From Crocosphaera subtropica ATCC 51142 (GTDB lineage: Bacteria > Cyanobacteriota > Cyanobacteriia > Cyanobacteriales > Microcystaceae), in contig NC_010546.1 of assembly GCF_000017845.1 (NCBI RefSeq), forward strand, positions 2,370,001 to 2,402,000: a stretch of DNA of 32,000 bases, in the 5' to 3' direction. Shown piece after piece: positions 15,030-24,016 of this stretch (positions are counted from its first letter, which is position 1; each line of letters opens with the position of its first letter). Both the position numbers and the translations under genes were made by a program. The notes under the pieces were generated by a model. That model made no database searches and had not been told where the DNA came from. It was given only the letters and a program-made list of their open reading frames with translations.

Positions 15030-17942
15030 TTAAATAGGAAATCTTTTTAATAAAACGATCGCTTCTTTAGCGGTAGCGGCCAAATAATTGGAAATACCTG
15101 GGGTTTGGGGTATTTGCCAGAGCAGATCAATGGTACGTCGGAGCAAACGAACTAAATCTCCTTCGTCTAAACTGGTATTTTCGCACAGTTCTTGCCAGTC
15201 TCCCCCTAAAGCCCATTGTTCCACTAATCCGATTAATTCTAACTCTAACCACACAGGAATAGTAATTTGATAGCGTCGTTGGGTTTGGTTCAATAAACGG
15301 CGCATTTCTCCAATACTGACCCCTTGTTCTGGAGACTCTCTAAATAACCTTAACACTTCTGGAGACGGTAAATAATTGGTCCAAGTATCAGGCCGTAGGG
15401 TTTCAGTAATAATCGCACTAACCGCAGCTGCTAATTGATGGGGTTCTAAAGGATTTAAAATCCCCGACATAAAGACTAAGCCTAACCATAACTCATTTTC
15501 TCCACGCATGGTGGCTGCTGCTTTGCCGAGTTTAGTAGGGGTATAATCATCCAACGCATCAAATTCTCGCAAAATATCAATTAAATTGAGAAATTCTTGC
15601 CAGTAATAGGATTGATTGGATTGTAATTTTTGGAATTTAATTTGTCGGTTATGGAGTTGTTCTCGTAATTCTAATCGTTGATGATGGGACTTTAATAACC
15701 GTTTAAATTCTCTACCTTTAGTCAGCGGATGATTGTTTAATAACCCTTGAACGTGATCGATGCGTTTTTGTTGTTCTACCACTTCAGGAGGAATAATTCT
15801 TCCAAAGGCGCGATCGCTGATTTGTTGGGTAATGGTCTTGGAGGTTTCATCCCCTTTGGGACCTCTCCCTAGGGATAATCTTCTTTGGTCGGGTCGGGGT
15901 AAATTATCAATAAGAGACAGGGGTAAAGAAGCCCCATAAAAATCTACAATATCCCCTCTTTTTACTAAATACCAGTAGTTATTATCCCCTAAACAAAGCA
16001 AGTCAAAACTTTGTCCTGATCCCGGAACCATGGCCACGATGACAGCTAATTGAGGACTAGCAGTTCTTAAGCGTTTACCTTTTAAATAAACTAAGTCCCC
16101 AATATTTAACCTGCCTAATTGACCTGAAATTTCTTTTTTGCGTTTTTCTTCTGCTTGATCTTCAAGAATTTTGATAAGTCTCTTTTCTTCTTTGAGACGG
16201 GCGTTTAATTTCTCGTATTCTAAGATATCTTTTTCTTGGAGTCCCCCTAATTCAATGTCCAGTTTCGCTAATTCCGTGCTTAAATCTGCGATCGCTTGTT
16301 GTTCGGGTTCTAGCTTCAGTTGGGCTAAATATTCGGCGAAACTTCTTTCTAAGAGGTCTTTGGCTTCTTGAATGGTGTGTTTTTGTAGGAGGTTTAACAC
16401 CATGCCGTAGGAGGGGGTAAAACAACTCCGCAAGGGTTCTGACTCTGCAGTAGCTAAATAGGCTGCTTCGGTTGCCCCTTCAAAGGGGGTTTGAATGGTG
16501 ACCACATAGCCCACTTCATCCATGCCTCTGCGTCCGGCTCGACCGGCGATTTGTAGAAATTCTGAGGGGGTTAACATACTGTGTCCAGTATCAGTTCGTT
16601 TGGACAAAGCGGAGATAACGGTGGTTCTGGCTGGCATATTAATCCCGGCTGACAGGGTGGCGGTGGCGAAAACCACTTTGACTAATCCCACTTCAAACAA
16701 TTGTTCGACTAATTCTTTCCAAAGGGGTAAGATCCCTGCGTGGTGGGCTGCGATACCTCTGGTTAAGGGTTCGAGTTGTTCGCCTCGCACTAACTGGCAG
16801 AGATCGGCTAAGATTTGGAATAGATGAATTTTACTGTCTTCATCAGCAGCTAAATAGGGAAAGAGTTCGGACTGAGGTGAAAGGTTACTCAAAAAATCTT
16901 TTAAGGGGTCGTATAAGGGTGGGTTTTCGGTGGAGACTGCCTTAAGAAGACTTTCTTGTAAGTTGGGATTTTCCCCTAAAAAGAAGGTGAGAAGGTTATA
17001 TTGGAGGGCGTGGGCTTCTTCTGGGGACACTAAAACCACTCCCTCTAGTTTCTGTACGGCACGATCGCATTCCCGACGGCTAAAGATGACATAGATAGCG
17101 GGTAACAGGTCTTTGTGGTCAAGTTGTTCGACCACCATCATCGGCGTGGGACATTCACTCCGTTTGATGCGTTTGCGTTTTTGGCGGTTGCCTTTGGGTT
17201 TGAGACGGGGGTTTAGGGCGGTCTGTTTTCGGTTGAGAAGGGGATAGAGTCCGTTTTTTTGACTGAAGTAGAACCGTAGGGGAACGGGGCGAAAATCCGA
17301 GTTAATCAGTTCACAGAGACTGACGGTGGTTTGCTCTGGATCAACGTTGGGGGCTGTTTTTCGTACTTGATTTATCCAGTCGGTTAGTTCTTCTGGGTTG
17401 CCGATGGTTGCAGAGAGGGCAACTAATTGAATGGTAGGGGGACAATAAATGATCGATTCTTCCCACACTGTACCCCGCCCGCGATCGCTAATATAATGGC
17501 ATTCATCTAAAATGACCGTGGCCACATTTTCTAGGGAAGTTCCCACCTGACCAATAGGGGTTTCGTAGAGCATATTACGGAAAATTTCTGTGGTCATGAT
17601 TACAATATCCGCATTGGGGTTAATCACCATATCTCCTGTAATTAATCCCACCTTATCTTCTTGAATGCCTGCTTCTGTGGTGGCGAATTTTTCCTGAAAG
17701 TCTCTAAATTTTTGATTTGACAGGGCTTTGAGGGGAGTGGTATAGAAAACCCGTTGACCCAAATGCAAGGCTCGGTAAGTGGCAAATTCCCCAATCACTG
17801 TCTTTCCTGAACCAGTGGGGGCGCAGACGACGACAGATTTTCCTTGATTTAACGCAGCGATCGCCTCCTCTTGAAAGGAGTCCAGTTGAAAGGGGAATAG
17901 GTTTTGAATATTTAGTTCAGGAGAGGTTAATGATTCTTTCAC
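15030..17942 (-). CDS. Ski2/Mtr4/HelY-like superfamily-2 DExH RNA helicase with a DSHCT-type C-terminal domain
   Basis: 970 aa. It has CAPTGSGKT (motif I), LDECHY (motif II), SAT and HHAGILP. The C-terminus has LDEGDLVRLLRRTIDLLWQI, typical of the DSHCT domain. Confidence 0.92.
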   Translation of the reverse strand: MKESLTSPELNIQNLFPFQLDSFQEEAIAALNQGKSVVVCAPTGSGKTVIGEFATYRALHLGQRVFYTTPLKALSNQKFRDFQEKFATTEAGIQEDKVGLITGDMVINPNADIVIMTTEIFRNMLYETPIGQVGTSLENVATVILDECHYISDRGRGTVWEESIIYCPPTIQLVALSATIGNPEELTDWINQVRKTAPNVDPEQTTVSLCELINSDFRPVPLRFYFSQKNGLYPLLNRKQTALNPRLKPKGNRQKRKRIKRSECPTPMMVVEQLDHKDLLPAIYVIFSRRECDRAVQKLEGVVLVSPEEAHALQYNLLTFFLGENPNLQESLLKAVSTENPPLYDPLKDFLSNLSPQSELFPYLAADEDSKIHLFQILADLCQLVRGEQLEPLTRGIAAHHAGILPLWKELVEQLFEVGLVKVVFATATLSAGINMPARTTVISALSKRTDTGHSMLTPSEFLQIAGRAGRRGMDEVGYVVTIQTPFEGATEAAYLATAESEPLRSCFTPSYGMVLNLLQKHTIQEAKDLLERSFAEYLAQLKLEPEQQAIADLSTELAKLDIELGGLQEKDILEYEKLNARLKEEKRLIKILEDQAEEKRKKEISGQLGRLNIGDLVYLKGKRLRTASPQLAVIVAMVPGSGQSFDLLCLGDNNYWYLVKRGDIVDFYGASLPLSLIDNLPRPDQRRLSLGRGPKGDETSKTITQQISDRAFGRIIPPEVVEQQKRIDHVQGLLNNHPLTKGREFKRLLKSHHQRLELREQLHNRQIKFQKLQSNQSYYWQEFLNLIDILREFDALDDYTPTKLGKAAATMRGENELWLGLVFMSGILNPLEPHQLAAAVSAIITETLRPDTWTNYLPSPEVLRLFRESPEQGVSIGEMRRLLNQTQRRYQITIPVWLELELIGLVEQWALGGDWQELCENTSLDEGDLVRLLRRTIDLLWQIPQTPGISNYLAATAKEAIVLLKRFPI

Positions 17943-18105
17943 TCAAAGTCACACATTAAGCTATCAAAGGTTATCCCTTATTTCTATTTTAGAGGAAAAA
18001 GCCACGGATCACTGACTTTTGAATTAATTGCCCTTTTTCTTAAGTCAACCCTCTTTAGTAGGATTATTAATGATAACAATTTTTCTCTTAGTTCAGGGTA
18101 ATAAC

Positions 18106-18134
18106 TTGCAAAAAAATTAATTTTCCTTTACAAT
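18106..18134 (+). promoter_or_regulatory. Sigma-70-type promoter candidate for the sigma factor gene (TTGCAA-17 nt-TACAAT)
   Basis: The -35 is TTGCAA at 18106..18111 and the -10 is TACAAT at 18129..18134, separated by exactly 17 nt. This would give a 5' UTR of about 135 nt. Confidence 0.4.
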
Positions 18135-18276
18135 TAGAGTATAGATAAGTCCCATCAATATCAAATTAGATTGTGCCGAAAAAAGAAAAAATTGCCATTG
18201 AGATTTAAGTGATAACTGTTCGGGCATATTTCCATCACTATACCTGTAAACACCGATAATTAAGAGTTAACTAAAA

Positions 18277-19170
18277 ATGCCAACCAAGAAAAAAGTTGAT
18301 ACCGTCCGCCATTACCTTCAGTCTATTGGTAAAACCCCACTACTCTCTGGTCCTGAAGAAATTAAACTAGCCGAAGAAATTCAAGCAATGTTACCTCTAT
18401 TAGAAAAAGAAGCATTAAGCAAAGAAGAGGAAAAAATTGTTGCTAAAGGGCAAAGAGCGAGGGACAAAATGATCCAGGCAAATTTACGCTTGGTAGTATC
18501 TATCGCTAAGAAATACCTAAATTCTGGCTTATCTTTATTAGACTTAATTCAAGAAGGAAGCTTAGGATTAATTCGCGGGGTAGAGAAATTTGATCCCTCC
18601 CGTGGCTATAAGTTTTCTACCTATGCCTATTGGTGGATACGACAAGGAATAACTAGGGCGATTGCAGAACAAAGTCGTACTATTCGTTTACCTATTCATA
18701 TTAACGAAAACCTCAATAAATATCGTAAATCCATCCGAGAATTAACCTTGAAATTGGGGAGAAAACCAACTCAACAAGAGATTGCTGAAAACATGGATAT
18801 CTCTGTTGACAAGTTGCGATTTCTACAGCAAGCAGCCTTTAAAACGAAATCTCGAAGTTTGAATATTGTCATCGATGAAAATCACACCGAGTTAGGACAA
18901 TTACTACCTGATGAAGATAGTGTTTCTCCCAGTGATTTTGTGAAACAACAAGAAAAGATTTCTCAAATTAACCGTATGTTAGAGAATCTATCTCCTCGAC
19001 AAAAAGAAGTAATTATTCTGCGTTTTGGCTTGCGAGATGGTAAACAACTCAGTTATAAAGCCATTGGTGAGCAATGTGGAATTAGTCATGAAAGGGCCCG
19101 TCAGATTTACAGTCGTGCGTTGAGAATTTTACGGAAACAAAGTAGTAAAATTGAAAGATTAGCGGGTTAA
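18277..19170 (+). CDS. RNA polymerase sigma factor, RpoD/SigA family (group-2-like)
   Basis: Region 1.2/2 reads [68 protein letters not shown] and RTIRLPIH. Region 4.2 is an HTH ([19 protein letters not shown]). Confidence 0.92.
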   Translation: MPTKKKVDTVRHYLQSIGKTPLLSGPEEIKLAEEIQAMLPLLEKEALSKEEEKIVAKGQRARDKMIQANLRLVVSIAKKYLNSGLSLLDLIQEGSLGLIRGVEKFDPSRGYKFSTYAYWWIRQGITRAIAEQSRTIRLPIHINENLNKYRKSIRELTLKLGRKPTQQEIAENMDISVDKLRFLQQAAFKTKSRSLNIVIDENHTELGQLLPDEDSVSPSDFVKQQEKISQINRMLENLSPRQKEVIILRFGLRDGKQLSYKAIGEQCGISHERARQIYSRALRILRKQSSKIERLAG

Positions 19171-19216
19171 ACATCGAAATGTCTCATGGTATTTTTAGGG
19201 AGAAAAATAGTTAATA

Positions 19217-19225
19217 TGATATAAT
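19217..19225 (+). promoter_or_regulatory. Extended -10 element TGATATAAT, a promoter candidate for the hydrolase gene
   Basis: An exact TGnTATAAT lies 34 nt upstream of ATG 19259. There is no good -35. It sits in the loop of a 9-bp inverted repeat (see findings). Confidence 0.35.
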
Positions 19226-19258
19226 CCATCAAGGTTATTTTCTCCCTGGACATTTCCT

Positions 19259-20128
19259 ATGGTTTTTCTTCCTTTTGAAGCAAAAAAGTTAACTGAAAAC
19301 ACATCGATTAATCTAGTTAATCAAATCGAATTTGAGGACATTTATACCCCCTTATCCCCTCAACCTGTTAGTACCAGTTATGTTTGTCAGGGAAAAGGAA
19401 ATATCCCTATTTTACTAATTCACGGGTTTGATAGTTCTTTGTTAGAATTTCGTCGCCTTTTGCCCATTTTATCTCAACAGCATCAAACTTGGGCGATTGA
19501 CTTATTAGGGTTTGGTTTTACAAAGAGAAATAGCAACTTATTATTTAGTCCTGAAAATATTAAAACCCATTTATATTGTACTTGGAAAAATTTAATCGAG
19601 CAACCTGTTATTTTAGTGGGTGCTTCTATGGGAGGTGCAACAGCTATTGATTTTACCTTAACCTATCCAGACGCTGTTAAAAAATTAGTATTAATTGATA
19701 GTGCAGGGTTAGCTGCACCCCCAAAAATAGGAAAATTGATGTTTCCTCCTTTAGACTATTTATCAACGGCTTTTTTACGCAATCTTACAGTGAGACAAAA
19801 GATTAGTGAATCCGCTTATTATGATAAACGTTTTGCCAGTAAAGATGCTCAACTTTGCGCTGCTTTACATCTTAACTGTGAGAGATGGAGTCAATCATTA
19901 ATTTCCTTTACCAAAAGCGGAGGTTATGGTTCTTTTAAGGAAGAAATGGTTAATATTAAACAGGAAACTCTTATTATTTGGGGAGAAAATGACAAAATTT
20001 TAGGCACAAAAGACGCTGATAAGTTTAATGAATTAATTCCTGATAGTCAATTAATTTGGATTCCCAAATGTGGCCATGTTCCTCATTTAGAAAAAGCAGA
20101 ATTAACAGCAGAAGCAATACTTAATTAA
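19259..20128 (+). CDS. Alpha/beta-fold hydrolase
   Basis: 289 aa with HGFDSS (oxyanion region), the nucleophile elbow GASMGG, and a C-terminal CGHVPHLE catalytic His context. Confidence 0.85.
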   Translation: MVFLPFEAKKLTENTSINLVNQIEFEDIYTPLSPQPVSTSYVCQGKGNIPILLIHGFDSSLLEFRRLLPILSQQHQTWAIDLLGFGFTKRNSNLLFSPENIKTHLYCTWKNLIEQPVILVGASMGGATAIDFTLTYPDAVKKLVLIDSAGLAAPPKIGKLMFPPLDYLSTAFLRNLTVRQKISESAYYDKRFASKDAQLCAALHLNCERWSQSLISFTKSGGYGSFKEEMVNIKQETLIIWGENDKILGTKDADKFNELIPDSQLIWIPKCGHVPHLEKAELTAEAILN

Positions 20129-20173
20129 TGATATGTGGTTCGACAAGACTTATTATGCTAAAACATTAGTGTG

Positions 20174-20317
20174 AGGCGATTGCATCATTCAGCCTTCTTG
20201 TTTTGATAGATGGTGTCAATGATTTGATGATATTTTCAAAACGAAAGCTCAAAAAAAAGAATTTAGGTATTATTTAGGAGCATTACTAGGAGAAAGTGAG
20301 AGAAAAAATCTATCTTA
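20174..20317 (+). pseudogene. Decayed N-terminal remnant of an IS701-family-like (DDE) transposase gene
   Basis: One frame reads ...QPSCFDRWCQ*FDDIFKTKAQKKEFRYYLGALLGESERKNLS*. It fits the family N-terminal pattern F-x-R/T-x-x-Q-x-x-x-F-x-x-Y-L-x-G-L-L-x-x-x-E-R-K-N/S, recalled from memory. It has an internal TGA (20219) and is cut off after ~45 codons. No DDE domain follows. Confidence 0.35.
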
Positions 20318-20473
20318 AATGTCGCAAGAGGACTCCCAGTTAAACCGACAGAGGAGCTTAACGGGATGAGTGTCAACTCAGTCAGCTAAAGTCCCACTAT
20401 TGTCTCCTCTGCTTGGTTCGCTTTCCAACCGCCTGCCCTGCGACGACGTTTGGGTCCCCTCCGCAATAATGTT

Positions 20474-20501
20474 CTAACTTTGAACTCCTAACCTCGAACT
20501 C
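20474..20501. repeat. Degenerate heptamer tract (CTAACTT TGAACTC CTAACCT CGAACTC), STRR-like
   Basis: The 7-nt periodicity was read directly, just downstream of the aldo/keto reductase stop. Confidence 0.5.
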
Positions 20502-20509
20502 AGGTCATC

Positions 20510-21640
20510 TTATTCCCATAACCGTCTTCTTTTAGTCCCGTTTAATTTTTGATGAGCATCTTTTAATAACTTAGGAATCTCTAAATTCTCAGGACAACGG
20601 GGTAAACACTCACCACACGCTGTGCAACGATGTCCCTTTTTCCCAGGAAACCAATGTCCAGCATTTTCTAACATTCCATAACGATATTTTCCATAATTGT
20701 TCATGTCATAAGCAACCGCTAAATTTCTCAAGCGCAAAATCTCAGGGATATTAATGGACTCCGGACAAGGTAAACATTGATAACACTGACTACATTTGTC
20801 ACTGTTTAAAACAGTGTTTAAATGTTCTTCTAGTTGATCTAATTTTTCACTTTCTTCAAGGGTTAATGGGTCATTTTGATCAAAAAGTGATAAACTCCCT
20901 TCAAATTCCCTGGGATGAGACAGTCCTGCGCTTAAAGTAGTGATACGGCGATCGCTCAATAAAAAGCGATAAGTTAACTCTAAAGGGGAAAAAGGCGCAC
21001 ATAACTTCTCAAGTAAAGGGGAGGGTGTGTAAAGTAAGCCCCCTTTATCTCCAGGAGAAATAATAAAAACGCCCATATCTTTTTGAGAGGCTAAAGCGAT
21101 CGCAGGAGCATTCCGTTGAAAAAAATAGTAGTAGTGGAGGTTAATAAACTCAAATAAATCCGTTGCAATGGCTGCTAAAATGACCTCCAAACTGCCGTGA
21201 GTAGAGAAACCGATGTGGTGTATCTTCCCTTCGTCTAACGCCCGTTTCAGGGGTAGAAAACAGCCATTAGGTTGGGTTATCCATTCGAGATGTTCCCAAG
21301 TATTAATACCGTGAATAGCCACACAATCAATATAATCTAATTGGAGTCTTTCCAAAGATTGATCAATCCATTGATTCATTATCTCAGGGTCGGGAGTTGG
21401 GGTGAACTTCGTCGTAATATAAAGTTCTTCTCTAGAAACTAAAGTTTGTTGTTGCAAGAAATGACCTAAAAATTCTTCACTTTGGCCGTATCCCCTAGCT
21501 GTTTCTAGATGGTTGATCCCCAAAGAAATTCCTGTTTCTAAAGTGTTATTAAATACGTCTGGTGATGCTAGACATCGCATCGTTCCTAGGGAAAAAATAG
21601 ACAAATTTACATTAGTTTTGCCAAACCGTCTGTATTGCAT
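20510..21640 (-). CDS. Aldo/keto reductase fused to a C-terminal 2x[4Fe-4S] ferredoxin-like domain
   Basis: The N-terminus MQYRRFGKTNVNLSIFSLGTMR is AKR-type. The C-terminus has CSQCYQCLPCP and CTACGECLPRCP cluster motifs. Confidence 0.88.
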   Translation of the reverse strand: MQYRRFGKTNVNLSIFSLGTMRCLASPDVFNNTLETGISLGINHLETARGYGQSEEFLGHFLQQQTLVSREELYITTKFTPTPDPEIMNQWIDQSLERLQLDYIDCVAIHGINTWEHLEWITQPNGCFLPLKRALDEGKIHHIGFSTHGSLEVILAAIATDLFEFINLHYYYFFQRNAPAIALASQKDMGVFIISPGDKGGLLYTPSPLLEKLCAPFSPLELTYRFLLSDRRITTLSAGLSHPREFEGSLSLFDQNDPLTLEESEKLDQLEEHLNTVLNSDKCSQCYQCLPCPESINIPEILRLRNLAVAYDMNNYGKYRYGMLENAGHWFPGKKGHRCTACGECLPRCPENLEIPKLLKDAHQKLNGTKRRRLWE

Positions 21641-21668
21641 TCAAAAAATTTTAACCATCGATTAACAG

Positions 21669-22175
21669 TTATTGTTCATCATTTTTTTCTAATTTTCCCC
21701 GTTGAATTAAATCGTCAGGGCGTAACTTGTCTAGAAAATCTCGGAATGCTTGACGTTCTTCTTCATCTGCTTCTCTATCCACTGGAATAGAGGCATCTGC
21801 AATCACTTCTTCCATGACCCAGATGGGACTATTGGTGCGTAAAGCGATAGAAATAGCATCACTGGGACGACAATCAATTTCCTTTTTGGTTTTTCCTTGT
21901 TTTAGGCAAAGAATGGCATAAAAGGTATTATCTTGTAGAGAATGAATAATGATTTTCTCCAAAGACATCCCCCACGCATCAAATAGATTAGCAATCAAAT
22001 CATGGGTTAAAGGACGAGGGGGTTTTTGATTTTCGATTGCTCCAATAATAGATTTTGCCTGGTCTTGTCCAATATAAATAGGTAAAGCTCTACGTTCAGA
22101 ACCATCTTTTAACAAAACAATGGGACTGCGAGTTACTGCGTCTAAAGCGATTCCTGCCACTTTCATTTCAATCAT
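21669..22175 (-). CDS. Bifunctional nuclease family protein (BFN/DUF151)
   Basis: It has MKVAGIALDAVTRSPIVLLKD, ALPIYIGQDQAKSI, RPLTHDL and DCRPSDAISIALR, which are family-typical. Confidence 0.85.
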   Translation of the reverse strand: MIEMKVAGIALDAVTRSPIVLLKDGSERRALPIYIGQDQAKSIIGAIENQKPPRPLTHDLIANLFDAWGMSLEKIIIHSLQDNTFYAILCLKQGKTKKEIDCRPSDAISIALRTNSPIWVMEEVIADASIPVDREADEEERQAFRDFLDKLRPDDLIQRGKLEKNDEQ

Positions 22176-22378
22176 TGACCTATCCTCTTTAATACCTTTA
22201 AAAAACGATTATTTTTGTTGTTTAAACTGACCATTGACCTTGTATTAATAATTTTATTCTCGACTAATCGATTAATTAGGTAAGTCGAACAATGGGCTAT
22301 ACTCACAGTATGCCCCAAAATGTAGATAAGATTCTTGTATAGAACATGGGGGAGATGTTTTTTAGGAAAGCTTAGTTG

Positions 22379-23068
22379 ATGTTTACTGGTTTAATTCAAG
22401 GTCTTGGCATTATCCGTCCCCTCGAATCTGATCGCTTTACCCTTTCGATTCCCGATAGCTATTCCTCCTCTATTTTATCAGATTTGGCCATTGGGGATAG
22501 TGTGGCCGTTGATGGAGTTTGTTTAACCGTAGAAGAAATTGTTACCAATGGATTTGTGGCTACTGCCTCCCCGGAAACCCTACAACGTACTACTTTAACC
22601 CAAAAAATTGAAACCGCCAGTTACGTTAATTTAGAACCTTCTTTACGGGTAGGGAGTAAATTAGGGGGTCATTTTGTTACCGGCCATGTGGATGGGTTGG
22701 GATGCTTACAAGCAGCGATCGCCACAGACAAAGCTTGGGAAATGACCTTTAGTCCCCCAAGCTCTCGCCAAGAGCAATGGTACAATTATATTCAACCTTA
22801 TCTTATTCCTAAAGGCAGTGTAGCTGTTAATGGCATTAGTTTGACGGTGGCTGAATGTGACACAGCTGGAACTTGGTTTAAAGCAGCAGTCATTCCTCAT
22901 ACCTACACTCAAACCAATCTTTGTTATCTAAAAACGGGAGATTGGGTCAATATTGAAGGGGATATTTTAGGGAAATATGTGGCGAAATTATTAGGAAAAC
23001 AGTTAGCCACTGATCAATCTGTGAATGAGGTTAATTTAGCTTTTTTAACAGAACATGGTTATCTTTAA
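22379..23068 (+). CDS. ribE: Riboflavin synthase (alpha chain)
   Basis: The N-terminus is MFTGLIQGLG. The internal duplication is visible (GDSVAVDGVCLTV and GSVAVNGISLTV). The start is set at ATG 22379; the track starts at TTG 22376. Confidence 0.93.
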   Translation: MFTGLIQGLGIIRPLESDRFTLSIPDSYSSSILSDLAIGDSVAVDGVCLTVEEIVTNGFVATASPETLQRTTLTQKIETASYVNLEPSLRVGSKLGGHFVTGHVDGLGCLQAAIATDKAWEMTFSPPSSRQEQWYNYIQPYLIPKGSVAVNGISLTVAECDTAGTWFKAAVIPHTYTQTNLCYLKTGDWVNIEGDILGKYVAKLLGKQLATDQSVNEVNLAFLTEHGYL

Positions 23069-23380
23069 ATGGTTAATTGTGGGTATTTACGGAAGAAAAC
23101 GAATAGCTCTGATTTTTTTTTAGAAGCGTCTCCATAATTTTGTCTAAGATCCTAAACTTAGGTTGTGTATTTGGAATTATGAGGCATACTAGATATAGTA
23201 GATATTACATCTCTTAATTAAAAAACATTACAGACATTAGAAATTATCTTTAGTATTAGTAGGTGTGAGAAATTTTAAAGAATAACTGATGTCTCGTAGG
23301 AGGTAGCACATAGTCCTATCGTCAGCCGTGAACGAAGGGTTATTGCTATTCCAGCTTGCTATTGACGAGGAATATAACCG

Positions 23381-23779
23381 ATGAATCACGGAGAAAGTAA
23401 CCCCAAGATAGAGCGATCGCCTGTCATTCCATCTCAACCCAATGAAGAGTATTCTGACTATTCTAAAGGGTCTAAAACAGACGAAACCACTAAGATTATT
23501 ACAGTAAAGAAAACGTCCTTAACCAAGGATAATGTTTCTGTATGGACTACCGACAAGATGAGTCTTCAAGAAAATTCTTGGAAAATCATGAACCCACCGT
23601 CTACTCAAAAAAGCTCAGAGTCTTCTTATCCAGTCTTCTTTTGGGAAGTGTTGATGACAGTGGCTTTATTGGTAATGGCGTTGTGGATGCAAGGATTACC
23701 AACAAGACAAGTCCAACCAAACACAGATACCAATACTTTACCCTCTTTTGAGATCACTGAACCTCAATTTAGGTTTTAG
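23381..23779 (+). CDS. Hypothetical protein with one predicted TM helix near the C-terminus
   Basis: 132 aa. GAGGAA lies 8 nt upstream of the ATG. There is a hydrophobic stretch VFFWEVLMTVALLVMALWM. No family recognised. Confidence 0.45.
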   Translation: MNHGESNPKIERSPVIPSQPNEEYSDYSKGSKTDETTKIITVKKTSLTKDNVSVWTTDKMSLQENSWKIMNPPSTQKSSESSYPVFFWEVLMTVALLVMALWMQGLPTRQVQPNTDTNTLPSFEITEPQFRF

Positions 23780-23851
23780 TGTTTGTCGGGTTTATTGTCA
23801 AGGGATTAATTACGGAAATCCCATGAAGCCTTGACAACAGTTCAATAAGGG

Positions 23852-23881
23852 TTGACACTGATGGGAAAAGTTATGTATTAT
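23852..23881 (+). promoter_or_regulatory. Promoter candidate TTGACA-18 nt-TATTAT
   Basis: The -35 is TTGACA at 23852..23857 and the -10 is TATTAT at 23876..23881. It points toward the small membrane ORF at 24017. Confidence 0.3.
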
Positions 23882-24016
23882 TAAGAAATGCAAATAGCTT
23901 TGTCGTTCATCTCTACATTGTTAGGAAAAAACGCAGTGAAGGGACGGAAGTAGGCTTGCAATCTAGAGCCGAAGGAACGCTCAAACTGTCGATAAACATG
24001 AGGTTGCAACATAACA

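Noticed and set aside
15088-16827. Plus-strand ORFs 15088..15270, 16171..16371 and 16522..16827 inside the helicase gene. The same applies to 6405..6590 (-), 11766..11957 (+), 22706..22912 (-), 24312..24562 (both strands) and 28818..29009 (+) inside other genes.
   Set aside because: All are antisense or out-of-frame shadows of long ORFs with clear family signatures.
20321-20460. Possible SRP (4.5S) RNA on the minus strand. CAGGGCAGGCGGUUGGAAAGCGAACCAAGCAG superficially resembles the CAGGUCAGGUCCGGAAGGAAGCAGCCAAGGCAG core.
   Set aside because: The GNRA tetraloop closing stem and the long 5'/3' terminal helix cannot be formed: the arms flanking the putative apex are not complementary. The resemblance is limited to short G/A-rich words.
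22176-22378. FMN riboswitch upstream of ribE.
   Set aside because: I could not find the conserved FMN-element core. The region is AT-rich and contains only short palindromes (TAATCGATTA; TCGACT...AGTCGA).
23237-23751. ORFs 23237..23437 (-) and 23542..23751 (+).
   Set aside because: The first lies in AT-rich intergenic DNA without an RBS and overlaps the start of the 132-aa ORF. The second is an alternative frame inside that ORF.
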